A program made the position numbers and the translations under genes. A DNA stretch of 64,000 nt from an uncultured Chlamydiae bacterium (lineage in GTDB: Bacteria; Chlamydiota; Chlamydiia; Chlamydiales; Parachlamydiaceae): positions 1-64,000 of the forward strand of contig CAWHMU010000040.1 of the NCBI GenBank assembly GCA_963830365.1, written 5' to 3'. How positions within the stretch are numbered: position 1 is the first letter of the stretch; each line of letters opens with the position of its first letter. This document shows positions 20,784-31,027 of the stretch, piece after piece. Under the pieces are notes generated by a model. The model saw only the letters and a program-made list of their open reading frames with translations, ran no database searches and was not told the DNA's origin.

Positions 20784-22658
20784 ATGCTTGGCAACGCACA
20801 ATGTCTGTTCCTCGAGAAATATGGCACAAGCCCTTGGCAGTCGGCTCCCCCCAAAAAAACTGCCTGGCCCCTGTTGGAAAAAATGCTGGCTGCCAAATGC
20901 TTGGGCTATGTCGATTATGCCCTGGCGCAGAAGATCCTGCAGTCCGCCTCCCAGGCCAATGAAGCCAGTGCAGCTTTAATCTGCCATCTTTCGTTGGCCG
21001 CCCGCCAAGGGCATCTTTGTGTAACCATCGCTCCCACACATCTTTTGCCGGCGGCAGAAGAGGTGTGGCTGCCCGCCGAGTATGATCTGCCTCCTGAAGC
21101 CGCGCTGCCTTTTAAAGCCATTACAGACATGATTATAGCCGGCGCAAAAGCGCTGGACCTTAAATTAATTTCTGATATGGATAGTGCCTCTCCCGTATTG
21201 ACCGTGCCGATCTGCCGGCAGCAAGACCGCTATTATCTGCAGCGCTACTGGCTGCTAGAAACGCTATTCATCGACCATCTCATGCCGCTGCTGGGCGACA
21301 CTCCCCCCCAGCTATCCATCGACATACCGCAAGTCCAGAATATGGTCGGCGAAATGCAGGCCAAGGGGGAGCTGCTTCCTGAACAGGCATCAGCTGTGCT
21401 GCAGGGCTGCCGGCATCCCTTCACCATTATCACCGGCGGTCCAGGCACCGGCAAAACTCACACCGCCGGCATCCTGCTGCGCGCCCTATGGGAAGGGATG
21501 CCGCCGGCAGCTCGCAGCCATTGCCATATTGCCCTGGCTGCTCCGACCGGCAAAGCCGCCTCACAGCTGGAAGGCAGCATCCGCCGCGCCATGCAGGGAG
21601 TGGCAGGCTTTCCTGCCCTGCAGGCGCAAACACTGCATGCCCTGCTCGGCATCAGCCGCCACCCGCAGCGTAAAAACGCTGCCCTCTTGACGGCCGATGT
21701 CCTACTCGTCGATGAGAGTTCGATGATCGATGCCCGCCTGATGGGATCTCTCATGGCCGCCCTAAAACCGGGCGCACGCCTGATCATGCTGGGCGACAGG
21801 TATCAACTGCCGCCGGTAGAGTCCGGCTCGCTTTTTGCCGATCTCGTCATCCATTTACAGTCCACGGCCACAACCAGCCAGCGCGTCACATCCCTCAAAA
21901 CATGCCTGAGAACTGAACTGGGTGGTATCATCGACCTGGCCGAGAAAATCAAACAGGGGGATGCGACAGCGGTTTTTGCGTTGTTTGCCCAAGAAGGCGT
22001 TCCGGCCGGCATCCGTTATGTGCCTTTGAACCAAGCCTCGGCCTCCAGGGAGCAGCAACGGCGCCTGCTGGCATATGCCCTGCCGCATTTCCCCTTGGTG
22101 GACAGGTTGCCCGACGACCCTTTGGCACTGCTCAAAAAGTTTGCCTGCTTCCGCCTGCTCACGCCGCTGCGCCACGGCCCCTTAGGCGTAGAAGCCCTCA
22201 ATGCGCTGTTTTTCCAGGCCATGGTGTCCCGCGCTCAGCATGCCGAATGCCTGGTTGTGCCGATCATGATCGCTGCCAACCAACGGCGCCTGGGACTCTT
22301 CAACGGCGAAATGGGCCTGCTCGTCAAATTCATCAATGACAGCACACGCGATTTTGCCCTTTTTGCCGCGCGCGCGCAAGGTCACGAGCACGTGCGCCAG
22401 CTGGCTGCCCTGTTGTTGCCAAAATATGAATATGCCTATTGCGTATCGGTACATAAAAGCCAGGGCAGCGAATTCGACCATGTCGTCATGGTCCTGCCGC
22501 AAGGCTCGGAGGGTTTCGGCAGGGAGGCGTTATATACCGGCATCACGCGCGCCAGGCGCCATATCGAGCTTTGGGCCGCACAGCCCGTTTTGCGCGAAAT
22601 GTTGACCCGCCAGGCACTGCGCCATTCCGGTATCGCCGCCCGCCTGCAAGCTTATTAA
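20784..22658 (+). CDS. recD: Exodeoxyribonuclease V alpha subunit
   Basis: YYLQRYW, ITGGPGTGKT, AAPTGKAA, VDESSMID, LGDRYQLPPVESG, SVHKSQGSEF, LYTGITRAR. Confidence 0.96.
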   Translation: MLGNAQCLFLEKYGTSPWQSAPPKKTAWPLLEKMLAAKCLGYVDYALAQKILQSASQANEASAALICHLSLAARQGHLCVTIAPTHLLPAAEEVWLPAEYDLPPEAALPFKAITDMIIAGAKALDLKLISDMDSASPVLTVPICRQQDRYYLQRYWLLETLFIDHLMPLLGDTPPQLSIDIPQVQNMVGEMQAKGELLPEQASAVLQGCRHPFTIITGGPGTGKTHTAGILLRALWEGMPPAARSHCHIALAAPTGKAASQLEGSIRRAMQGVAGFPALQAQTLHALLGISRHPQRKNAALLTADVLLVDESSMIDARLMGSLMAALKPGARLIMLGDRYQLPPVESGSLFADLVIHLQSTATTSQRVTSLKTCLRTELGGIIDLAEKIKQGDATAVFALFAQEGVPAGIRYVPLNQASASREQQRRLLAYALPHFPLVDRLPDDPLALLKKFACFRLLTPLRHGPLGVEALNALFFQAMVSRAQHAECLVVPIMIAANQRRLGLFNGEMGLLVKFINDSTRDFALFAARAQGHEHVRQLAALLLPKYEYAYCVSVHKSQGSEFDHVVMVLPQGSEGFGREALYTGITRARRHIELWAAQPVLREMLTRQALRHSGIAARLQAY

Positions 22659-24835
22659 AGCCCGCTCAGGAACTTCTGGTGATGGTAGGCAAATTCGGCA
22701 TCGATGGTGGCGTTTTTCGCCTTTAAAATACCTTGGCAGGTAATTTTATTATTCTCACGCAAATGATTTGCGTTATCGATCTCACGCTGATATGTAACCT
22801 GCGCGGCCCTTTTAACCTCCAGGAATTCGTTTTTGGCGGCCTGACGCTGATCCTGCAAATGGCCCAAAGCCCCCATATGAAACTCGGTGGCCGCCGCCAG
22901 ATCGCGTTCGATCAGTGGAATCGCCGCCAGCAGACGTCGCTCTTCTGCCTGTAGTTCTTGGAGCATAATTACGGCATCTTTTCTTTCCCCGACGACGACA
23001 TGGCCGCTTGGGTTTGGTCTGACTGGCTGCGTGGTTGATGCCGAATGGACAACAGTATCTTTTCGTTCTCCTGCAGCCACATGCATGTCTTTCGGTATGC
23101 TCTCGCCAGCTGATAGAGGCGCCTGCGGCAATTGTCTTTCACCGGCTGGCACAAATTCCACCGCTGCAGTTGTCTTTTTTTGCTGATTGATTTTCACGCG
23201 TACATCGCGCAGCAGATTGCGGCAACGCTGGATTTCAGTTTCCAGATTGTATTTGAGCGGATCAAAGCGCCTGTGTTCGTTTTGGATGAAGACATCGAGC
23301 TGGTCGATGTTCTTTTGCGAATTTTCGATGTCCCGATTTTTTTGGAAAAGGGCGTGTTTGACACTATTTTCATAAATCTGCTGATGGCTCTGAATTTCAT
23401 TTGAAAAAATGTAGTCATTGTAGTGCTTGCGTTTGGCAAGCTCTGCGATGGATACTAAGGATAGGGAGGGCAGTAAATTGTATGCCGCGATGTAGTCGTT
23501 GTAGGTATCCCAAAGGGTGCAAAAGTTTGTTTTGCCGGCCAGATCGATGAAAGCTTTGCGCACCTCAGCATCATTTCCGTGCAGAATTTTCATGCTAAAG
23601 GCTTTCCAGGAGTAATTTGCGATGATCTGCTCGAAAGTCATTTGATTATCTCTTATCTCCTTGAGGGCGTTTTGTTTGAGCTGAGCCGGCTTTATCAGAC
23701 CGAAAGCAAAGATATTCCATCCCTTTTCCTGTCCGCCGAATTTTTGCAGAATCTGTGAAAATGGCGTTTGCTGCTCATCGCGCAAAAAGCGCGCACTGAA
23801 ATCCTGTCCGGAAAGCATGCCGACGGTTGAAAATATGTTCCAGCCAAAGGTCTTGACAATGGTAGAAACAGGGACGCCTTTGGTTTGTTGCATGAGATCT
23901 TTGGTGAAATAGCAAGGATCGATCACTCCGTCGTTGATGATCTGCCAAAAGCCGCTTAAGCCACCTTGTTGCTGCATAAAAGCTTCGACCGATGGCTGGC
24001 TCTTGTATTGACGCTGCAATTCCCTGGTGATAACCTCCTCAGAAACAATACCGCGGGCAATTTCCAGCTTGAAGTCGCTTTTTATTTGAGCATAGCTTTT
24101 GTCTTTAATACCTTTTAGAGTTTCCGCTACATACCAAGGGTCATTAGTTACCATGACGCCATCAACGAGCGGTTGATTTCCATAACGGTTTTTGAAAGCA
24201 TCAAAGTTCATTTTGCCAGTCTCGATTTCTCTCATCAGCAAAGGATGTAAAGACTTCCAATCGATAAACTGATACTGTCTGATCTCATGTTCATAGCTTT
24301 GGCATACCGCCAGATAGTTAAGTGAGTCGCGCTCGATTTTATCCAGGAATTTTTCGGTAAGCTTTTCTTTGGAAATGAAATGCTGCTTTGATGTGCGCTC
24401 CCAGCCATATTTATGGATGATCTCATCAAATGTCCATTCCTGGATCTTTTCCGCGATGGCATCCACAAAAGCGGGGTCTTGCCAATATTCTCTTTTTAAC
24501 AGTTTTATGCCCGCTGTCAGCGCACCGAAGGAGGCCGAAAGGCCCAAAGCCGCCGCGGCCGCCAAACCGATGCCTGCTGCCGGCATGCTAAGACTGCCCG
24601 CCACCAACAGGCCGGCGCCGGCCAGCATCCCCAAGCATCCAAGGGCTATCATGGCCACACCGACAATGCGCATGACACGCTCTTTTTGATGCCATTTGGC
24701 TTCCGGCAGGGGTAGGCGTTTAGCATCAACCACTTTTTTGCCTTGCCACTTGCCTTCAGGTGATGCAGATGTTACCAATGTGCTTGGAAAATAAGTTGGC
24801 TGTAAGGGTGGTTGGCTGATTTGCATAGCTGCCAT
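22655..24835 (-). CDS. Inc-like (bilobed hydrophobic domain) repeat/coiled-coil protein
   Basis: ~55 aa continuous hydrophobic stretch near the N-terminus, internal F..I..KYGW-like repeats and a C-terminal coiled coil. The start could be 24856 or 24835. Confidence 0.75.
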   Translation of the reverse strand: MAAMQISQPPLQPTYFPSTLVTSASPEGKWQGKKVVDAKRLPLPEAKWHQKERVMRIVGVAMIALGCLGMLAGAGLLVAGSLSMPAAGIGLAAAAALGLSASFGALTAGIKLLKREYWQDPAFVDAIAEKIQEWTFDEIIHKYGWERTSKQHFISKEKLTEKFLDKIERDSLNYLAVCQSYEHEIRQYQFIDWKSLHPLLMREIETGKMNFDAFKNRYGNQPLVDGVMVTNDPWYVAETLKGIKDKSYAQIKSDFKLEIARGIVSEEVITRELQRQYKSQPSVEAFMQQQGGLSGFWQIINDGVIDPCYFTKDLMQQTKGVPVSTIVKTFGWNIFSTVGMLSGQDFSARFLRDEQQTPFSQILQKFGGQEKGWNIFAFGLIKPAQLKQNALKEIRDNQMTFEQIIANYSWKAFSMKILHGNDAEVRKAFIDLAGKTNFCTLWDTYNDYIAAYNLLPSLSLVSIAELAKRKHYNDYIFSNEIQSHQQIYENSVKHALFQKNRDIENSQKNIDQLDVFIQNEHRRFDPLKYNLETEIQRCRNLLRDVRVKINQQKKTTAAVEFVPAGERQLPQAPLSAGESIPKDMHVAAGERKDTVVHSASTTQPVRPNPSGHVVVGERKDAVIMLQELQAEERRLLAAIPLIERDLAAATEFHMGALGHLQDQRQAAKNEFLEVKRAAQVTYQREIDNANHLRENNKITCQGILKAKNATIDAEFAYHHQKFLSGL

Positions 24836-25024
24836 ATTAAACCTTTTGTGTATCATTTTTAGTTAAAATTTCATTAAATCATAATACCTTTATTAATTAA
24901 TAAAAAGCGAAATTGTGTTAAGATCTTGTTAATTTATCCTAACTTTATGAGCCTTGCAGAATATCTACCCCAAACGCTGTTTTTCGGTTGAATATTGCAG
25001 GCTGATTTGGCATTCTGCCCAGCT

Positions 25025-26044
25025 ATGCAAGATACCACCGGAATCCTATTAGTAAACTTGGGCACGCCCGATTCGCCACAGCCGCGCGATGTCTATCGCT
25101 ATTTGATTGAATTTTTGACCGATGGACGCGTGATCGACACTTCCTGGCTATCGCGCCAACTGCTGGTGCGCGGCCTGATCGTACCACTGCGCTATCGCCA
25201 GTCGGCAAGCTTCTATCAGAAGATCTGGACACCCCAGGGGTCGCCGCTCAAGGTATATGGATACCGCCTTGAAGAGGCTCTACAATCACGTCTCGGAGGC
25301 AACTATCGCGTAGCTTTAGCCATGCGCTATCAAAATCCCTCCATCCCGCACGTGCTGGCTAAGTTAAAAGGGGTAAAATCCCTGCTGGTGCTGCCGCTCT
25401 TTCCCCAATACGCCTCGGCCACCACAGGCTCCGTCCACCAAAAGGTAATGGAAGAGGTTTCGCGCTGGCCGGTGATTCCCAAAATGACACTCATCGATCA
25501 TTACTTCACCCATCCGGGCATGATTCAGGCCTTCTGCCAGTCGGCAGCGCCCTATCCCTTGGATAACTATGACCATGTGCTGTTCAGCTTCCACGGTCTG
25601 CCGCAACGCCAGCTGGTCAAAGCCAATAGCCATAAGCATTGTCTTAAAATGACAGACTGCTGTCAAAAGCTTTCCAAAAATAATCAAGCCTGCTATTCCG
25701 CCCAATGCTACGCCACGGCACAGGCCTTGGCCGAAGCGCAGAAACTTACCGCCGCCCAATATTCCGTTTCATTCCAATCGCGCCTCGGCAAAGACCCTTG
25801 GCTGCAGCCCTATACCGGCGAAGTCATCGCTTCCCTGGCGCGCCAAGGCAAAAAGCGCCTGCTGGTCTTTTGTCCCGCCTTCGTCTGCGATTGTCTGGAG
25901 ACTATCTATGAGATCGGTGTTGAATATGCCGCCGAATTCAAACATGCCGGCGGGGAGCAGCTGGATCTAGTGCCCGGTCTAAACGACCAGCCCAAATGGA
26001 TCGACACCTTAGTCGATATGGTTCACACCAATCTAGGGACCTAA
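25025..26044 (+). CDS. hemH: Ferrochelatase
   Basis: GILLVNLGTP, LAMRYQNPSI, PLFPQYASATTGS, FSFHGLP, SFQSRLG..PWLQPYT, DCLETIYEI. Confidence 0.96.
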   Translation: MQDTTGILLVNLGTPDSPQPRDVYRYLIEFLTDGRVIDTSWLSRQLLVRGLIVPLRYRQSASFYQKIWTPQGSPLKVYGYRLEEALQSRLGGNYRVALAMRYQNPSIPHVLAKLKGVKSLLVLPLFPQYASATTGSVHQKVMEEVSRWPVIPKMTLIDHYFTHPGMIQAFCQSAAPYPLDNYDHVLFSFHGLPQRQLVKANSHKHCLKMTDCCQKLSKNNQACYSAQCYATAQALAEAQKLTAAQYSVSFQSRLGKDPWLQPYTGEVIASLARQGKKRLLVFCPAFVCDCLETIYEIGVEYAAEFKHAGGEQLDLVPGLNDQPKWIDTLVDMVHTNLGT

Positions 26045-26046
26045 GC

Positions 26047-26847
26047 ATGTTCTTCTGCCGCGATCTCACCCCTCTGCAAGGCGCTGTCATGGCTGGGGAT
26101 GCAGCCTTGCTGGCAAGGCTCATTGCTCAAAAGGCTGATCTTACTGTTTGCGATAAGCTGGGCTTTAACCCTTTAGAACTATCCCAGCTGCTAGGAAAGC
26201 GCTCCTGCCAGCGGCTGCTCGGCGGCAGCGAGCCTGCCGCCATCATGCTGCAGCGCAAGAGCGAACAGCAGCCCAATCCTGTCCCCTTGGCAGATTTTGA
26301 AAAGATCTTTGACCTGACATATCGTCCATACCCTACCTTCGCCTCCTATGCCATGCTGCGCCGGACCATCGCCGACTGCCCTTATGTGCTTAGGTGCGCT
26401 TGGCTGGCCAAAGACAATTATGCCTGGACAGTGCGATATAAACAGCCATTGGCGGCTGCCGCCCTTGCCGATGTGAGCATCAAATGGATCGATGAGCAGA
26501 TGGGATATGGTCTGTTTGCCGAAGCCGACATCGCCTATGGGGCATTCATCGGCGAATATACAGGCCTTGTACGCCGCCTGGTTAGGCTCCAGCATGACCA
26601 AAACGCCTACTGCCTGCACTACCCCACACGCTTTTGGTCGCTGTGGTATATGGCTGTAGATGCACTGCATGAGGGCAATGTGACGCGCTTTATCAACCAC
26701 AGCGACAAACCAAATATCGAACCCTTGTGTCTGGTTGACCGCGGACTGCTGCGGCAGGTCTTTGTCGCCCTCCGCCCCATCAAAAAAGGGGAGCAGCTTA
26801 CCTTCAATTACGGCAGCGACTATTGGCTAAAGCGTCGCAAACAATAA
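26047..26847 (+). CDS. Ankyrin-repeat plus SET-domain protein lysine methyltransferase
   Basis: N-terminal TPLQGAV..GD...L...KADL...DKLGFNPL (Ank-like). SET motifs GYGLFA, FIGEYTG, RFINHS..PN, EQLTFNYG. Confidence 0.88.
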   Translation: MFFCRDLTPLQGAVMAGDAALLARLIAQKADLTVCDKLGFNPLELSQLLGKRSCQRLLGGSEPAAIMLQRKSEQQPNPVPLADFEKIFDLTYRPYPTFASYAMLRRTIADCPYVLRCAWLAKDNYAWTVRYKQPLAAAALADVSIKWIDEQMGYGLFAEADIAYGAFIGEYTGLVRRLVRLQHDQNAYCLHYPTRFWSLWYMAVDALHEGNVTRFINHSDKPNIEPLCLVDRGLLRQVFVALRPIKKGEQLTFNYGSDYWLKRRKQ

Positions 26848-26919
26848 CTAGCGAGGATTGTCGCTAGCTGATAGGCGGTGAAATCGATGCAACGCCAACA
26901 AACAGCCAAGAGGCGCAAA

Positions 26920-27085
26920 GGAAGGTAATTCACCACAAAGGCACCGAGACACAGAGAAGCAAAACAGCAAAGTAAACAGGATGTAGGATAAGCAGGATAA
27001 ACACAGCAAAAGAGAAATAAGGCTCTGTTTTTATATTGCTGCTTGCTTCTCTGTGTCTCGGTGCCTCTGTGGTGAATTGCCTTCC
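26920..27085. repeat. Palindromic element, family E (TTCACCACAGAGGCACCGAGACACAGAG arms)
   Basis: 43 bp inverted repeat at 26920-26962 and 27043-27085 with 2 mismatches. Confidence 0.9.
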
Positions 27086-27220
27086 TCCTAAATTTTCTCT
27101 ACTGTACCGGATTATGTCCCGCCTTAGTATAATAATTCACATAGATAAAATAATGATATGCTGTCATAATTAGAGCTTCTTTTTTAGTTTACATGATGTT
27201 ATTCAGGTGATGTGATTTAG

Positions 27221-28171
27221 ATGTCGACCACTAAGCAGTTTTTTCTCATGCTGGCCTTGACATGCATGTGGAGTCCTTCATTCCTCTTTATCAAATTGGC
27301 CACCTACGATCTGCCGCCGATGACGATTGTGAGCCTGCGGGTCTCCATCGCCGCCGCCATCCTCTGCGCCATGCTGATATGGAAACGCCAAGGCCTGCCC
27401 ATGACCTGGGCCTTCTGGCTGCGCAGCAGCGGGATGGCCCTGTTTTCCTCCATCATCCCTTTCAGCCTCTTCTGCTATGCCGAACAGAGCATCGACAGCG
27501 CCATGGCGGCAATTATTAACGGCACGGCGCCGATGTTCACGGCGGTGCTGGCCCAGCTGTTCGTGGCCTCCGACCGACTGAACATGCAAAAAGGCCTCGG
27601 CATCATTCTCTCCAGTTGTGGGCTGGTGTGGCTGTTTGCCCCTCAGCTGCAGGCCGGCGTCGACGCCACCACCATGGGGATGTCCGCCGCCCTCCTGGCA
27701 TCCGTCAGCTATGCCGCCAGCCACGTCTATGGCAAGCTATATACGACGGGTCAAAAACCCTACGTCGCCCCCACCGCTCAGATGCTGGCATCATCGGTCA
27801 TCCTATGGCCTTTTGCCATGTGGCACGACGAGGTATGGCGCCTGCCGTGGCCCTCCACACCGGCTATCATGGGAGTGTGCGGGCTGGCTTTGCTTGGCAC
27901 GGTATGCGCCTTTATCATCTATTATAAATTGCTCGACCACTGCGGGCCGACAGCCATCTCCATGGTCTCCTGCTTCTTTCCCGTGGGAGGGATGCTGCTG
28001 GGATTCCTTTTTCTGGGGGAGTCGTTCACCACCGCAGGCATGCTTGCCGCCGGCCTGATCCTGCTTGGACTCCTGACGGTCAACAATATCATTCCCATGG
28101 GCTTCCTTAGCAAACCTAAAGACGTTAGTCCCGCCAATGAAAGCATAACGGAAACCATCGAGATTAAATGA
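27221..28171 (+). CDS. EamA/DMT-family transporter
   Basis: ~10 TM segments with a duplicated EamA pattern (WSPSFLFIK...LRVSIA; FLGESFT). Confidence 0.92.
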   Translation: MSTTKQFFLMLALTCMWSPSFLFIKLATYDLPPMTIVSLRVSIAAAILCAMLIWKRQGLPMTWAFWLRSSGMALFSSIIPFSLFCYAEQSIDSAMAAIINGTAPMFTAVLAQLFVASDRLNMQKGLGIILSSCGLVWLFAPQLQAGVDATTMGMSAALLASVSYAASHVYGKLYTTGQKPYVAPTAQMLASSVILWPFAMWHDEVWRLPWPSTPAIMGVCGLALLGTVCAFIIYYKLLDHCGPTAISMVSCFFPVGGMLLGFLFLGESFTTAGMLAAGLILLGLLTVNNIIPMGFLSKPKDVSPANESITETIEIK

Positions 28172-29352
28172 GTGACAGCATGTTGAATGATGAAAATACG
28201 CAAATAAAATCTTTATACCGCGAGATTGCCGAGGGCAAGCTGCTTTCGGCCGTGCTGAGCTCTCCATGGAAAAAAGACGCTGAAAGTCCTGTAAGGTATA
28301 GCCTGCGGCCGCTTATCGTCAAAGGGCAGCCGTTGTATCAGGTCACAGACCATTACCAGCAAAAAGTCATGCATCGCAACCTTACCCCTGATGCCACCGT
28401 GCAGCTCATCCAGGCATCCCTGCCAGATCTATTCCACCAAGGAGTCTTCACTACCGCGGCAGCAGGCTACCACATCCTGGTCAATAAAAAGAAAGAGATG
28501 ACGATAGTCAAAAAGGCCGCCAGCCAGCCGGCACAGCTGCCGCTGGCGCACAACAGGACAAAAAACCATATCCTGCAGGATGGCACCCCCATCCCTTTTT
28601 TGATCGCCCTGGGAGTAATGACGGCGCAAGGACAGGTCATTGCCAAAAAATACGACAAATTCCGCCAGATCAACCGCTTCGTCGAAATGGTCAGCGATGT
28701 GTTGCCGCATCTGCCGGAAGGGCGTGTCCTTGAAGTGATCGACTTCGGCTGCGGCAAGGCCTATCTGACCTTTGCCCTCTACCATTACCTCCATCACATT
28801 GCCAAACGCGCCGTCAACATCACCGGCCTGGATCTTAAGCACGATGTCATCAAGAGTTGCCAGCAGCTGGCCGAAAAACTTGACTACACACAGCTTAACT
28901 TTGCCGTCGGCGACATCAACCACCACCGGCCCAAAGGCAAAGTAGATCTGGTCATCACCCTGCATGCCTGCGATACCGCCACCGACGCCGCCCTGGAAAA
29001 GGCCGTGCAGTGGGATGCCGATGTCATCCTATGCGTGCCTTGCTGCCAGCATGAACTCTACCATCAGGTCAAAAGCGAGTCATTAGCCACCTTGCTCAGG
29101 CACGGCATCCTGCGCGAACGCTTTGCCGCCCTTGCCACCGATGCCGCCCGCGCCGAACTTTTGACAACCGCCGGTTATGAAGTACAGGTGCTGGAATTCA
29201 TCGACATGGAGCATACCCCGAAAAACCTGCTACTCCGCGCCGTCAAGGCGCCCTCGCCGGCCAGGCAGCAGCAGGCTAAAGCGCGCTACGCCCAATTCAA
29301 AACCGCCCTGCATATCGACCCATCTCTCGAAAAGCGCCTCTCCACTGATTAA
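28168..29352 (+). CDS. SAM-dependent methyltransferase
   Basis: KFRQINRF, VIDFGCGKAYLTFA, LHACDTATD, VPCCQHE, HTPKNLLLRA. Confidence 0.9.
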   Translation: MSDSMLNDENTQIKSLYREIAEGKLLSAVLSSPWKKDAESPVRYSLRPLIVKGQPLYQVTDHYQQKVMHRNLTPDATVQLIQASLPDLFHQGVFTTAAAGYHILVNKKKEMTIVKKAASQPAQLPLAHNRTKNHILQDGTPIPFLIALGVMTAQGQVIAKKYDKFRQINRFVEMVSDVLPHLPEGRVLEVIDFGCGKAYLTFALYHYLHHIAKRAVNITGLDLKHDVIKSCQQLAEKLDYTQLNFAVGDINHHRPKGKVDLVITLHACDTATDAALEKAVQWDADVILCVPCCQHELYHQVKSESLATLLRHGILRERFAALATDAARAELLTTAGYEVQVLEFIDMEHTPKNLLLRAVKAPSPARQQQAKARYAQFKTALHIDPSLEKRLSTD

Positions 29353-29519
29353 TGATATCTGCACTTGTAGTGTAGACTGAAGTCTACGCTACATTATCAA
29401 ATGATTGAGGCTATGTTTTTTATGCCCTTTTGGCCCCTTAGGTTCGCTCATTTACTGGACGAAGAACAAGCAATAGTCTAGTGTACGAAATTATCAATAA
29501 CTAAAACTTAGGCATTGTC

Positions 29520-29912
29520 ATGGACTTGTCGATATTTCTGGGAAAGCTCTTCGGCCTTTATCTGATGATCGCCAGCCTGATGTTTTTCTGGCGCCCATAT
29601 GTCCTGCATGAAGCTGTCGACAACTTCTTCAAAAGCCATGGGTTGATTCTGTTTTCGGGTGCCCTGCTGACTTTTTTTGGATTAGGTTTTGTCCTTGCTC
29701 ACTCCGTATGGGAGCTCAACTGGCGCGGCCTGCTCACCCTCATCGGCTATTTTATGCTGCTGAAAGGATTGGCACGCCTTTTTTTTCCTACGCTTGCTCG
29801 TGACATCGTCCTGAAGATATGCCACACCAACGGCCGTCTCTATGTCGGCGGGGTGACGTTCTTCATCGGGCTCTATCTCTCCATCGCCAGCTTCACTGCC
29901 AGTGTTCTCTGA
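29520..29912 (+). CDS. Small integral membrane protein
   Basis: 130 aa with ~4 hydrophobic helices. Confidence 0.75.
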   Translation: MDLSIFLGKLFGLYLMIASLMFFWRPYVLHEAVDNFFKSHGLILFSGALLTFFGLGFVLAHSVWELNWRGLLTLIGYFMLLKGLARLFFPTLARDIVLKICHTNGRLYVGGVTFFIGLYLSIASFTASVL

Positions 29913-29924
29913 TACTTGATGCTG

Positions 29925-30308
29925 TCATTTCATGTTGCGATCCTGAATGACCGTCACATCGCCTAGCAGTGACTTGCAAGCAGGCACGGAGCCACCATTG
30001 ATCACACACCGCATAAAGGAGGCCAGGATATGCCCATTTATCTGTCCATTGTCTGAACTGGCAACCGTGTATCTGATTTGATTATTTTTGTCGTGAATGG
30101 TGAAGGGACTTAAAATCGACCGAATCCTTCCTGCCTCAGTCTCGATGGCTGTAAAGCGGCAGCTCCACAGCACGCTTTCATGCGGATGCGGCAGGCCATC
30201 ATACACCGGCGCAAAGTTCACCAGACACTGCCTGACTTTAAAGTTTTTCATACGAGTTTCAGGGATCATAATAGCTGCCTTTTTCAAGACCCGGGACAAT
30301 AACACCAT
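29925..30308 (-). CDS. Hypothetical protein
   Basis: 127 aa ORF filling the gap downstream of the hydrogenase operon. No motif recognised and the start is uncertain. Confidence 0.35.
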   Translation of the reverse strand: MVLLSRVLKKAAIMIPETRMKNFKVRQCLVNFAPVYDGLPHPHESVLWSCRFTAIETEAGRIRSILSPFTIHDKNNQIRYTVASSDNGQINGHILASFMRCVINGGSVPACKSLLGDVTVIQDRNMK

Positions 30309-30345
30309 AGAATAAAGTAATTATTTACAAAAGAGAAGACGATCC

Positions 30346-31011
30346 TTAGCGCAAGATTTTGACTAGCCCCAGGCAGCCCGTGATCAAACTGAACAGGGAG
30401 ATGGTGATGCCGAGTCCGCGCGCAAGTTTCATTGACATCGCATCCGCCCGCTGGATCAGTGTGGAAACAAAGAGGCCGTTAAAGCCGTCTGTCACCATCA
30501 TTCCCAAAGTAAAAAAAAGGCCTAAAATCCCGGAGAAGGCCCAGCCGGACATCATCGATGCCGTGATGGAGAAGAGGGCGATCTGGCTGAAAGTGTCGAA
30601 GGAACAGGCAAAAAGTGCGCCGATGCCAATGATCAAGAAGGAGTTGTACTTTTTACCCATCAACTTTGACGCCAGCATGCCCCTTATCCCCACCGGCAAT
30701 GTCCCCTGCATAGGTTCCTGAAAAAGGCTCCATAAATTCAGCAGTCCGAAAAGAAATAAAAATATGATCGAGATCCAGCTGCCAAAACCGTCCAGCCATT
30801 CGGGGATATGCGTCTGCATCAGTCCGCCGCCGATCAACAGGCTGATCACGGTGACTACCAGGCCATGTCCCAATGAAAATAAGAAACCGACCAGCCGCGA
30901 CAAATAACGCGTCTGGCTGACGGTTCTGGTGATGGCATCAATGGTGGCAAGGTGGTCCCAATCCAGGCCATGCCTCATCCCAAGCGTAAAGGCGATAAAA
31001 ATCATCCACAT
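30346..31011 (-). CDS. Nickel/cobalt permease (HoxN/HupN/NixA-like)
   Basis: LGMRHGLDWDHLATID (HxxDxDH motif), FSLGHG, LGMMVTDG. Last gene of the hyp cluster. Confidence 0.88.
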   Translation of the reverse strand: MWMIFIAFTLGMRHGLDWDHLATIDAITRTVSQTRYLSRLVGFLFSLGHGLVVTVISLLIGGGLMQTHIPEWLDGFGSWISIIFLFLFGLLNLWSLFQEPMQGTLPVGIRGMLASKLMGKKYNSFLIIGIGALFACSFDTFSQIALFSITASMMSGWAFSGILGLFFTLGMMVTDGFNGLFVSTLIQRADAMSMKLARGLGITISLFSLITGCLGLVKILR

Positions 31012-31027
31012 AAAGCAATCCTTACAT

